From a virus (taxonomy: Duplodnaviria; Caudoviricetes): a stretch of DNA of 29,367 nt. This document shows, in pieces, positions 17,785 through 25,718 of this stretch (within the stretch, counting starts at the first letter, position 1; each line of letters opens with the position of its first letter). Location of the stretch: the IMG/VR virus record IMGVR_UViG_3300020161_000820, positions 1-29,367 of that record, one strand, 5' to 3'. The notes beneath the pieces are model-generated. The model had not been told where the DNA came from. It was given only the letters and a program-made list of their open reading frames with translations, and searched no databases. A program made the position numbers and the translations under genes.

Positions 17785-18524
17785 AAAAGAAAAAGGCAGT
17801 AAAGCCAGGACACATTAGAGTTACACCAGAAGATAACCGCTTAATGGAGATGCCTCCGTACTTAAACACACAGTTGACAATGCCTAAGTGGTATAAAACT
17901 ATGGCTAGTGGTGCTGGTTTAAAAAAGTGTGCAGGAGTTAACGATTACTTGTCAGCAGGTATGACCGTTCCTCTTTGGAGCAACCTATACTTTAAACCAA
18001 ACCCAGAAGGCGGTTTTTGGGAGTCACGCATTGAAAACATGAGTCCCCCAATCCAAAACATTATGGTTGCTGGGTTTCCCAATAACTCTGCTCCTGGGTG
18101 CCCTGTTGTTGGTGTTCGCAAACTAGAAAATATGCAGTATCCAAAGATAGTCACTCCGTGGCGTTTTGAAACCGCCCCTGGTTGGTCTTCTTTAATACTT
18201 CCATTGTCTTGGGAACCTAATGAAAAGTATGACGTTTTGCCCGCAATTGTCCATACTGATTTTTATCACACCGCTAATATTGTTTTAAACATCAAAACTA
18301 ATACCGATTTTATGATTCCGTATGGAACTCCTATGATGCAGGTAATCCCATTTAAGAGAAGCACTAATCTTTCATCTATTGAGTTTGAAGACGAATCTTA
18401 CTTTAAGTACGTTGCAAGTAGTGGTTTTGGGTCTGGGTACATCATGCCTTCAATAGGTACCGCAGGACCATATAGGCGACATAAGCACAAAGTTGATATT
18501 GAACTAGCCAAAAAAGAAAAGTAA
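17781..18524 (+). CDS. conserved phage hypothetical protein (DUF6065/dUTPase-like beta fold, by recall)
   Basis: PKWYK, KKCAGVNDYL..G..VPLW, PW...TAPGWS, AIVHTD, GTPMMQVIPFKR; I recall this family near viral halogenase/oxygenase genes. Confidence 0.55.
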   Translation: MKKKKAVKPGHIRVTPEDNRLMEMPPYLNTQLTMPKWYKTMASGAGLKKCAGVNDYLSAGMTVPLWSNLYFKPNPEGGFWESRIENMSPPIQNIMVAGFPNNSAPGCPVVGVRKLENMQYPKIVTPWRFETAPGWSSLILPLSWEPNEKYDVLPAIVHTDFYHTANIVLNIKTNTDFMIPYGTPMMQVIPFKRSTNLSSIEFEDESYFKYVASSGFGSGYIMPSIGTAGPYRRHKHKVDIELAKKEK

Positions 18525-18540
18525 ATTTTGATAAGGTGTA

Positions 18541-18807
18541 ATGGTGACATTTGCAACAAATACTGAAAAGATAGAGTTTTTGAACAACATCGTAATTGAG
18601 TTGCAAAAAAACATATACGCCGATTGCTTCAAACTAGGAATTGATGCAACCACACTAGATACTGCAACTTACAATTCAGAAGAATTTCTTTCTTCATTTC
18701 CTGAAAATATGCATTTTGCAGAGCATGTTGCAAAGAAAAATATTGACCGTAACATGACTAATCTAATCACTGTTAACAAGAAATTGGATGAACTAAACAA
18801 TGATTGA
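18541..18807 (+). CDS. small hypothetical protein (paralogue of 16048..16275)
   Basis: TEKI..LN, LGID...D.ATY, KLDEL. Confidence 0.75.
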   Translation: MVTFATNTEKIEFLNNIVIELQKNIYADCFKLGIDATTLDTATYNSEEFLSSFPENMHFAEHVAKKNIDRNMTNLITVNKKLDELNND

Positions 18808-19450
18808 CAAAGAAACGCTTTTAAGAAATTGCACATCAGAGACTTTTGGAGTTTTTATTCTTCAAAAAGTAAAATTTATAAACGTACAAAATAATGTTGG
18901 TGTTCCGAGATGTGACAATCTTACATACTCTGTAGCCAGTGTCGTTGACGGTACTGAATATGCTCATGAAGCAGTGGGGGTAGATACCAAGTCATCGTTC
19001 AGTGGTGCTGAAGTTGAAACACGTAAAGTCGTTAGATACGAAAAAGTAATTGACGCAACTCCTCAGTTTATGATTATCTATTTGGAAATGACGTATACCC
19101 TTCAAGGGGACTTAACCCCTTCGTCAATGTGGTGGGGCCGCTCGTTTTTTCATCTGCTAAAGAACATGAGGGAATGGTCTCTTGTAAATACTGAAGGCAT
19201 AGATACCAATCACCCTATGGGTATATATTCCAGTATTGCTCTTACCGAACTTGCTCCATCTCAGGAAATACTTAACGAGATTGACGGATGGCCCGACATG
19301 TATTTGGTTAAATTCTTAAAAGGAAATCACGACTACAGAGCAATGCCTGAAAATTTTCCAGAACCATCTGAAGAAATGAAGCAGTGGGTTCTGTCGCTGG
19401 CTGCTACGTATCAAGAAAAAACCTTTGCAGAAGTTTTGGACATTATTTAA
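18800..19450 (+). CDS. hypothetical protein
   Basis: 216 aa ORF overlapping the previous stop; no motif recognised. Confidence 0.75.
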   Translation: MIDKETLLRNCTSETFGVFILQKVKFINVQNNVGVPRCDNLTYSVASVVDGTEYAHEAVGVDTKSSFSGAEVETRKVVRYEKVIDATPQFMIIYLEMTYTLQGDLTPSSMWWGRSFFHLLKNMREWSLVNTEGIDTNHPMGIYSSIALTELAPSQEILNEIDGWPDMYLVKFLKGNHDYRAMPENFPEPSEEMKQWVLSLAATYQEKTFAEVLDII

Positions 19451-19582
19451 TTTTTATGCTTCCCAACACCAAGGAAGAAAATAATAAGTTTTGCTGGTGG
19501 TTGCACTGGCATACCGCTGGCAACCAATTTATAATTTTAATGCATTTAATCAGTTTAGAGAAAAAACAGAATAGATATATCA

Positions 19583-19867
19583 ATGCTAAACAAAGTAGTA
19601 CAAGCAACAAAAACAATGTCCCACAAGGGGTATTGGACTAAACCCAATATCGTAGAGGCATGGGGTTTCGCCACCAAGATTGCCATCATCTTTCCTGGTC
19701 TATTATTTGGGTACCAATGGTGGTGGGTATATATCTTTGCTATCGCTTCAAGCATCGCTCTTATTTGGTCTTCAACCGAAAAAACCCTTCCTACAATCAT
19801 TCTCTTTAATGTGCTGTGGGTTATCTTGGCAAGTCTTTCAATCATCAAGCACTTTTGGTGGCTCTGA
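19583..19867 (+). CDS. small membrane protein (about 3 TM)
   Basis: Three hydrophobic, Trp-rich segments. Confidence 0.7.
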   Translation: MLNKVVQATKTMSHKGYWTKPNIVEAWGFATKIAIIFPGLLFGYQWWWVYIFAIASSIALIWSSTEKTLPTIILFNVLWVILASLSIIKHFWWL

Positions 19868-19887
19868 CCACCCATAGCCGTATACGG

Positions 19888-19893
19888 TAAACT
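19888..19893 (+). promoter_or_regulatory. putative -10 box TAAACT
   Basis: TAAACT-8 nt-ATG(19902), no SD. Confidence 0.5.
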
Positions 19894-19901
19894 GGTTACT
19901 T

Positions 19902-20924
19902 ATGGCTATTGACTTCCCAAACTCTCCTGCGCCAGGTGACAACTACACAGTAGGCGCTAAAACTTGGACATTTACAGATGGTAAGTGGGCGCTTAATGTC
20001 AACTCTCTAGGTGTCACAGGTGCTACAGGACCATCAGGTCCAGCAGGCGCTACAGGTCCACAAGGTGCAAGTGGGACTCCTTCTAGTGTGCCAGGACCTT
20101 CAGGACCTTCAGGTCCACAAGGAGTAAGTGGTGTGCCAGGGTCTAATGGAACAAATGGTGCTGTTGGAGCAACTGGCCCACAAGGTGTGGCAGGACCTTC
20201 AGGACCTTCAGGTCCACAAGGTGCACAAGGTGTAGCAGGACCCTCAGGTCCACAAGGTGCACAAGGAACTGCTGGTACAAACGGTACAAATGGTGCGGCT
20301 GGTGCACAGGGTGCACAGGGTGTTCAGGGTAATACAGGTGCACAAGGTCCACAAGGTGCACAAGGTCCTGCTGGTCCAACCAATGTTGCTGCTGGGTATT
20401 TAACCCCTTCTGTCAACGTAGACCCACTTGGTGGACCATACGTTGGTTGGAGCAGTGGAAGTAGTCTATGGGCTGTTGATGGTGGGTTTAGAGTAACTAG
20501 TAGTAACTTTTACCTAACAGGTTTAGGTACTACAGGTTCCGCAGCAAACTTGCGGATGCTTTCAGATGGAAGAGTTGCCCAATTTACATCATCACGAAAA
20601 TACAAAGAGCAAATTAACTCTTTTAATGATGGTTTAAGTATCATCAATTCTTTAACTCCTCGTACCTTTGCCATGAAACCTCAACCTACTGATGGAGTAA
20701 TTGAACAACATGAGTACGAAAATAGTACTCAACATGGTTTTATTGTGGAAGAAATTCTAGAAGTACAGCCACAACTGATTGATTTTACTATTAAAGACGG
20801 AGAAATTGCCCCGCAATCATGGAAAACAAACGATGTTATTTCTATCCTTGTGCAAGCAGTGCAGGAACTTTTTTCCCAAGTGGAAACCCTTAAAACAGAA
20901 GTAGACACACTCAAAAACCCCTGA
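19902..20924 (+). CDS. collagen-like tail fibre with C-terminal intramolecular chaperone (peptidase S74)
   Basis: IDFPNSP N-module, long Gly-X-Y tract, TSSRKYKEQI autocleavage motif, GFIVEEI, LVQAVQEL coiled coil. Confidence 0.85.
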   Translation: MAIDFPNSPAPGDNYTVGAKTWTFTDGKWALNVNSLGVTGATGPSGPAGATGPQGASGTPSSVPGPSGPSGPQGVSGVPGSNGTNGAVGATGPQGVAGPSGPSGPQGAQGVAGPSGPQGAQGTAGTNGTNGAAGAQGAQGVQGNTGAQGPQGAQGPAGPTNVAAGYLTPSVNVDPLGGPYVGWSSGSSLWAVDGGFRVTSSNFYLTGLGTTGSAANLRMLSDGRVAQFTSSRKYKEQINSFNDGLSIINSLTPRTFAMKPQPTDGVIEQHEYENSTQHGFIVEEILEVQPQLIDFTIKDGEIAPQSWKTNDVISILVQAVQELFSQVETLKTEVDTLKNP

Positions 20925-20930
20925 TAGTAT
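20925..20930 (+). promoter_or_regulatory. putative extended -10 (TGaTAGTAT), leaderless start
   Basis: TAGTAT-6 nt-ATG(20937). Confidence 0.5.
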
Positions 20931-20936
20931 TTCGTC

Positions 20937-22022
20937 ATGAGATTTCATGTAGTTGGTTTACCCCACGCTAATACGACCTTAAATTTCACGGCTTGCGCCT
21001 TTACTGAGAATGTTCGTAAATTTGCAATAATGATGAAATCCCTTAACCATGAGGTTTACCTTTATGGTGGAGAATTTACTGAGGCACCATGTGACGAGAA
21101 CATCATGTGTATTTCCGAGCAAGAGCGCCTTGACTCCCTAGAGGGAAAACATTATTCCCTTGCGTCTTTTGACTATGCCCTCCCCCATTGGGTTAAGTTC
21201 AACAACACAGCCATTGAAGAAATAGGCAAGCGAATCCAACCCAAAGACTTTATTTGCGTAATTGGTGGACGAGCACACAAAGTGATTGCTGATGCATTTC
21301 CTGACCACATGACCGTTGAATTTGAAGTTGGCTACGGTGGAACTTTTGCCAAATACAAAGTGTTTGAGTCTTATGCTTGGATGCATGTTTGTTATGGAGC
21401 AGCAGTAACTAATCCTAACGATGTAGACGGTCAGTTCTTTGACGATGTAATCCCAGGACATGTTGACATTAAAGATTTCCCCTTTAGAGAAACTCCTGAT
21501 GATTACTACCTTTTCATGGGACGCTTAATTGACCGTAAGGGCTATCAAGTGGCGGTAGATGTCTGTAGGCACCTAGGAAAGCGTCTGATAGTGGCTGGGC
21601 ATGGCACAGTACCCGACTATGGTGAATACGTAGGAGTTGTGGGTACAGAAGAACGAGCCAAATTGATGGGTGGAGCAATAGCCTCTTTTGTTCCCACTAT
21701 CTACACAGAACCATTTGGGCTAGTTATGGCTGAAGCAATGGCATGTGGTACTCCAGTAATCACGACAGACTGGGGTGCTTTTCCTGAGAATGTGGTTCAA
21801 GGAGTTACTGGCTTTCGTTGTCGGACATTACAAGAATTTATTGAGGCTGCTGAAAAGGCTCCAAACCTTGACCGCAATGCCATTAGAGAGTATGCAGTTA
21901 ACCGCTTTGGGTTAGATGTCAATGCTTTGCTGTATGATAGATACTTCAACCGCCTTTTGTCCCTTTGGGGCAAAGGCTTCTATGAACTTAAAGAAGGAAC
22001 CCTAAATGGAACTACAAACTGA
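20937..22022 (+). CDS. glycosyltransferase family 4 (GT-B)
   Basis: LFMGRLIDRKG and EPFGLVMAEAMACGTPVITTD.GA..E.V..G.TGF. Confidence 0.92.
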   Translation: MRFHVVGLPHANTTLNFTACAFTENVRKFAIMMKSLNHEVYLYGGEFTEAPCDENIMCISEQERLDSLEGKHYSLASFDYALPHWVKFNNTAIEEIGKRIQPKDFICVIGGRAHKVIADAFPDHMTVEFEVGYGGTFAKYKVFESYAWMHVCYGAAVTNPNDVDGQFFDDVIPGHVDIKDFPFRETPDDYYLFMGRLIDRKGYQVAVDVCRHLGKRLIVAGHGTVPDYGEYVGVVGTEERAKLMGGAIASFVPTIYTEPFGLVMAEAMACGTPVITTDWGAFPENVVQGVTGFRCRTLQEFIEAAEKAPNLDRNAIREYAVNRFGLDVNALLYDRYFNRLLSLWGKGFYELKEGTLNGTTN

Positions 22023-22137
22023 TGACCTCATCAATGGACTACTTGACGAAGTAAAGCGCCTTACCCTTGAAAACATTGCTTATAAGGCAGCATTACAAAA
22101 ACTGCAAGCAGCACCAACTACTGACACAGAAGAGTAA
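22006..22137 (+). CDS. small coiled-coil protein (43 aa, absent from ORF track)
   Basis: MELQTDDLINGLLDEVKRLTLENIAYKAALQKLQAAPTTDTEE; AAGGAA upstream; abuts the next ATG. Confidence 0.65.
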   Translation: MELQTDDLINGLLDEVKRLTLENIAYKAALQKLQAAPTTDTEE

Positions 22138-23589
22138 ATGCACAGTTCACACCCTATCTATAGAGCACTAGTTACTTACTCCAGTTCATCAACTGGAGAA
22201 ATTCGTGTGAAGATTCCCGCATTGCTGGGCGCTGATTCTGAAGTAGCAATCTCTTATATTGGGCGCAAATCGCCTTGGGTAGTACCTATTGTAGGTGACC
22301 AGATAGTAGTAACGTCAGATGACACTAACTTAACTAATGTCTTTTGGCTACAGACAGATACTGTACAAAGAACTGTTGATTATGCCGCTGGTGCTGGAAC
22401 TGCTGCTAGTGCTACTTACGCTACAACTTCCGCCAGCGCTACTTACGCTATTAGTGCTACTACTTCTGCTAGTTCTACATACACTAATGCAGAGAACATA
22501 AAAGCAACACCAACTGCATACGGAACTGTTTATGGTCAGACCAACCCATTTCTTCCCTTTCTTTATGCGACTGCATTATCTGGGTACACAGCGACTTGGA
22601 GTGAAAGTGGAGGATTTGGTACAGTTACATACAATGCTCCTTTGACAACAGTATTTCCTGACGCAGTATCAGAGGATTTTGCAGTTGGTCGTAACTTTAC
22701 TATCAACGGTCCTTACCCAGGATTTTATGGTGGTGGTCTTTTGACTTCTTCTACAGCAAATAGCATAACAATTAGCCTTAATTACTCAAGTGGTGCGCCG
22801 TACTCAGGGACAGCCAATGGTTCCAGTCTTTATGTTATGGCTCTTGGAGTAGGAAACATTTCTTTAGGTAAAGAAGCATTGTCTAACTGGACATCTGCCA
22901 CTAGCGGAGATGGGCAACATATTGCGATTGGTATAAATGCCCATAGTAAAACCATCGGTGGTGCTAATAATATTGCTATAGGAACCGAAGCAATGCACTC
23001 TCCATATGACGCAGCAAAGCAACTTACTAACTGTGTTGCTATTGGTTATTACGCAGGAAATAGTTTTGTTACTTCTTCTAGTAACAAAATGGCTATTAAC
23101 TATAGCGGTACTAACATGACTAACGGAGAAGCAGTAATAGGAAATGGGGACAGGACCCTTTCACTACATCTCAGGCCATATGGCGTTGTATCTACACCCA
23201 ATCAAAGTTACGCTAACTATCAAATAGGAAGTAACCTTTCCTACAATAATTCTGCTCAAAATGTTACTGTTCCTTTCAACTACCTAATTACAAACACAAA
23301 TAGCACTTTTAGTACTAGCACGGGACGGTTAACAGCAGCGTACAGTGGTACATACCTAGTTAACTGTGGTCTTTACGCAACAACTGATGTTGTTCAACTT
23401 TGGGGAGTCATTAATGGCGTTAGAGACAGAACTTTCCAACTAGGACCAGGAGTAAACTTGGCTGGTACTGGAGTTTTCAAACTAACCGCTGGAGATACGT
23501 TTGGTGTAGCAGGATGGTTTAGTGGCGGTTCAACAACTATTTATGTTAGTAACGAACACACATACCTAAAGATTAGATATCTAGGATAG
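22138..23589 (+). CDS. baseplate spike/fibre protein: Gp5/GpV-like OB N-domain, YadA-like repeats, C1q-like C-domain
   Basis: IYRALV...GEIRVKIPALLG...VP.VGDQIVV...VFWL; NISLG/HIAIG/NIAIG/CVAIG repeats; VPFN...FSTSTGRLTA..SGTYLV...LTAGD. Confidence 0.65.
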   Translation: MHSSHPIYRALVTYSSSSTGEIRVKIPALLGADSEVAISYIGRKSPWVVPIVGDQIVVTSDDTNLTNVFWLQTDTVQRTVDYAAGAGTAASATYATTSASATYAISATTSASSTYTNAENIKATPTAYGTVYGQTNPFLPFLYATALSGYTATWSESGGFGTVTYNAPLTTVFPDAVSEDFAVGRNFTINGPYPGFYGGGLLTSSTANSITISLNYSSGAPYSGTANGSSLYVMALGVGNISLGKEALSNWTSATSGDGQHIAIGINAHSKTIGGANNIAIGTEAMHSPYDAAKQLTNCVAIGYYAGNSFVTSSSNKMAINYSGTNMTNGEAVIGNGDRTLSLHLRPYGVVSTPNQSYANYQIGSNLSYNNSAQNVTVPFNYLITNTNSTFSTSTGRLTAAYSGTYLVNCGLYATTDVVQLWGVINGVRDRTFQLGPGVNLAGTGVFKLTAGDTFGVAGWFSGGSTTIYVSNEHTYLKIRYLG

Positions 23590-23595
23590 GAAATT

Positions 23596-23868
23596 ATGAA
23601 TACTTTTACAATCACTCTTACAGATGCAGAATACAAAGCACTAGCCCATGTTGCTTATGACCCTCAAGACTGGATTGAAAATGCTGTCAAAGCACGATGC
23701 CAGTCTGCCATGGAGGAAATCTTTGCCACAGAAGTCGCTCGTATGTTGGCTGACCCCAATACAACTTCTATTCCTGCTGACCGTGAAACGGTTGTTTTGG
23801 CTGCTGATATTAAAACGGCTGTGGAAATCCATGCAGAACGTATGATTCCTGTAATACCAACTCCATGA
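23596..23868 (+). CDS. putative fibre-associated chaperone/hypothetical
   Basis: TITLTDAEYKAL...DPQDWIENA...R; directly follows the C1q-ended fibre; SD AGGA. Confidence 0.6.
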   Translation: MNTFTITLTDAEYKALAHVAYDPQDWIENAVKARCQSAMEEIFATEVARMLADPNTTSIPADRETVVLAADIKTAVEIHAERMIPVIPTP

Positions 23869-23874
23869 TAAAAT
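23869..23874 (+). promoter_or_regulatory. putative extended -10 (TGaTAAAAT), leaderless start
   Basis: TAAAAT-6 nt-ATG(23881). Confidence 0.55.
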
Positions 23875-23880
23875 AGAACT

Positions 23881-24408
23881 ATGACAAGAAAATACTCCTA
23901 TTATCCCGCTTTTGACGGTAAAAAGGCACAGCCTGGAACCGAAAAACTCGCTGCTCTTTGTGCGGCCCGTTGGAAAACCAAGAATTTGGGCGTGTATTCT
24001 CCGAGATTGATGCGCAACTCTCATACCGAGGGTAAGAAAATTGGTGACCCTGGTATGGAAAAGTATTTAAGTGTTCATGCTACTGGAGCCGCTGTAGACA
24101 TCGGGTATGATGACCGCAAGGTTGGCGTTGCCATGTGGGACTGGTTTATTAAATATACTTTGGAATTGGGCATTGAAGAAATCCACGATTACGCCTTTGA
24201 CAAAGATGCCAAAGATGGAAAGCCTGGGTATGGAAGAGGCTTCAGGTGCTCAAGAGGCGAAAACGCTCAGGGTATAAAATTATTTAGTGTTGATGATAAT
24301 GCTGGTTCATTCGGGGGCAAGTGGTTGCATTTAGAATTATCTCCTGAAATGGCAAAAGATGCTGCAAAATTTGAAGCAGCATGGCGGGCACTTCCTAAGC
24401 CTGAATAG
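23881..24408 (+). CDS. putative endolysin, M15/Hedgehog-DD-peptidase-like zinc peptidase
   Basis: SVHATGAAVD (H-x6-D) and WLHLE zinc-ligand motifs, with an upstream Arg. Confidence 0.7.
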   Translation: MTRKYSYYPAFDGKKAQPGTEKLAALCAARWKTKNLGVYSPRLMRNSHTEGKKIGDPGMEKYLSVHATGAAVDIGYDDRKVGVAMWDWFIKYTLELGIEEIHDYAFDKDAKDGKPGYGRGFRCSRGENAQGIKLFSVDDNAGSFGGKWLHLELSPEMAKDAAKFEAAWRALPKPE

Positions 24409-24410
24409 GT

Positions 24411-24416
24411 TAATAT
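24411..24416 (+). promoter_or_regulatory. putative -10 box TAATAT, leaderless start
   Basis: TAATAT-6 nt-ATG(24423). Confidence 0.55.
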
Positions 24417-24422
24417 AGCCTT

Positions 24423-24944
24423 ATGGCAGATAACTTTAGCGGATACTACGCCGCTCAACGAGAAGAGAATAAGCGCCAACGTGAAGTTGGTGAACTTCTT
24501 AAACAACGCCGTTTGCGTGAAGCCCGTGGTGAAGAGATATCTGATGAAGAGGAACAACAGTACAGAGAACAAATAGAATCTCGTACTTTTGGTGCTTACC
24601 AAGTAACACCTCTTGCAAACAAACCAGAAAACTATGGTCGTGGTCCAAGTAAAAGTACCCGTGTTGTTGCCCATAAATTTGTACCAGGTTCTAGAGCAAC
24701 CGACCAAACACTAGGTAGGTCTGTTATTAACTCTGGTACTGTTTACGTAAGGTTTGCTCGCCCTTCTAAACAACAAGGTGGCGATGCAACTTACAAGTAT
24801 AGTAATGTACCTGTTGCTACCTACGAATCTTTTCGTGGTGCAAATTCAAAAGGTCGCTTTATTAATAACCCGCTAGAATCTTATGGTTATTCAAAAGTTG
24901 ACCCTAGTAGTGAAGAGTATGGAAGATTCTGTTCTGATTTGTAA
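24423..24944 (+). CDS. KTSC-domain protein with charged N-terminal extension
   Basis: VYVRF...G..TYKYSNVP...YESF..ANSKGRFIN is the KTSC signature. Confidence 0.75.
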   Translation: MADNFSGYYAAQREENKRQREVGELLKQRRLREARGEEISDEEEQQYREQIESRTFGAYQVTPLANKPENYGRGPSKSTRVVAHKFVPGSRATDQTLGRSVINSGTVYVRFARPSKQQGGDATYKYSNVPVATYESFRGANSKGRFINNPLESYGYSKVDPSSEEYGRFCSDL

Positions 24945-24949
24945 ATAAT

Positions 24950-25366
24950 ATGAAAAAGTTAATTGGTTATGGCTCACTGAGCCTTTTTGTTGCATCATTC
25001 CTACTATCACCCGTAGCATTTATTCTTTGGGGTACTCAAGGTATTTGGCTTTGCGTCATTACCGCTAATACATTTGGGCGGATTGTCTTAAAAGACACAC
25101 TCAATATCCTGCAAGTTGTTGGTCCTGTTTATTGGATTACTCGTGACTACGTTCCTAAAGGAACACGCTTTGCAAGCATTGGTTTTATGAAACAGACTGA
25201 TGAACCATGGCGTGTGGGTACAGGTCTTCATTTAAACTTGTGGAAGCGCACATTCCAAATTGGTATCTGCCATAAACAGCATTACACAAACTCTATGGAT
25301 GGCGAATTATCAGTTGTAGGTGGTAGGTTAATGGACACAGCACCTACGGAAATTGGAGCATGGTAA
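24950..25366 (+). CDS. hypothetical protein with hydrophobic N-terminus
   Basis: 138 aa in-line ORF; true start uncertain. Confidence 0.65.
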   Translation: MKKLIGYGSLSLFVASFLLSPVAFILWGTQGIWLCVITANTFGRIVLKDTLNILQVVGPVYWITRDYVPKGTRFASIGFMKQTDEPWRVGTGLHLNLWKRTFQIGICHKQHYTNSMDGELSVVGGRLMDTAPTEIGAW

Positions 25367-25587
25367 TGATTTGGAAACGCACTACACCTACTAAAGAACT
25401 TCATCCACGCATTAAGAAGTTGGACACTCAATCACTTCTCTCATGGATGGACACAACTCTAATGAGCGTAGGTATGGCTTATGATGGTTGGCGTTATAAG
25501 GACAAATCCCCTGAGCAGGTAAACGAGGCACTAGATGTCCTCAATGACCTTTGGGAAGAAATTTCTAATAGAAGCATTGACAAATAG
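25366..25587 (+). CDS. hypothetical helical protein
   Basis: TAATG-coupled start with GGAG upstream (alternative ATG 25360). Confidence 0.7.
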   Translation: MIWKRTTPTKELHPRIKKLDTQSLLSWMDTTLMSVGMAYDGWRYKDKSPEQVNEALDVLNDLWEEISNRSIDK

Positions 25588-25607
25588 GTCTACCTAAATG
25601 CTAATAT
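25577..25607 (+). promoter_or_regulatory. putative sigma70-type promoter
   Basis: TTGACA (25577-82) and TGcTAATAT (hexamer 25602-07); the 19-nt spacer is longer than ideal. Confidence 0.5.
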
Positions 25608-25613
25608 GACAAG

Positions 25614-25692
25614 AACGAAGATTTCGGTGTTCCCTTTCCACCGAGTCTTCTAGGGGGTCCCACTTTCTTCCCTCCTGTGTGGGGCCCCCGAC
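25614..25692 (+). ncRNA. putative two-hairpin small RNA / structured leader with CU-rich loops
   Basis: Hairpin 25617-25650 (loop UUCCCUUUC) and hairpin 25653-25689 (loop UUUCUUCCCUCCUGU) directly after a promoter. Confidence 0.5.
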
Positions 25693-25718
25693 TTCGCCCT
25701 TCGTGTATGCTTGAATAC

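Noticed and set aside
19384-19641. 85-aa ORF spanning the 19451-19582 gap
   Set aside because: Overlaps both neighbours out of frame and has no convincing start signal.
25677-25706. Longer terL start from the ORF track
   Set aside because: It lies within the GC-rich hairpin; 25707 or 25719 fit the promoter geometry better.
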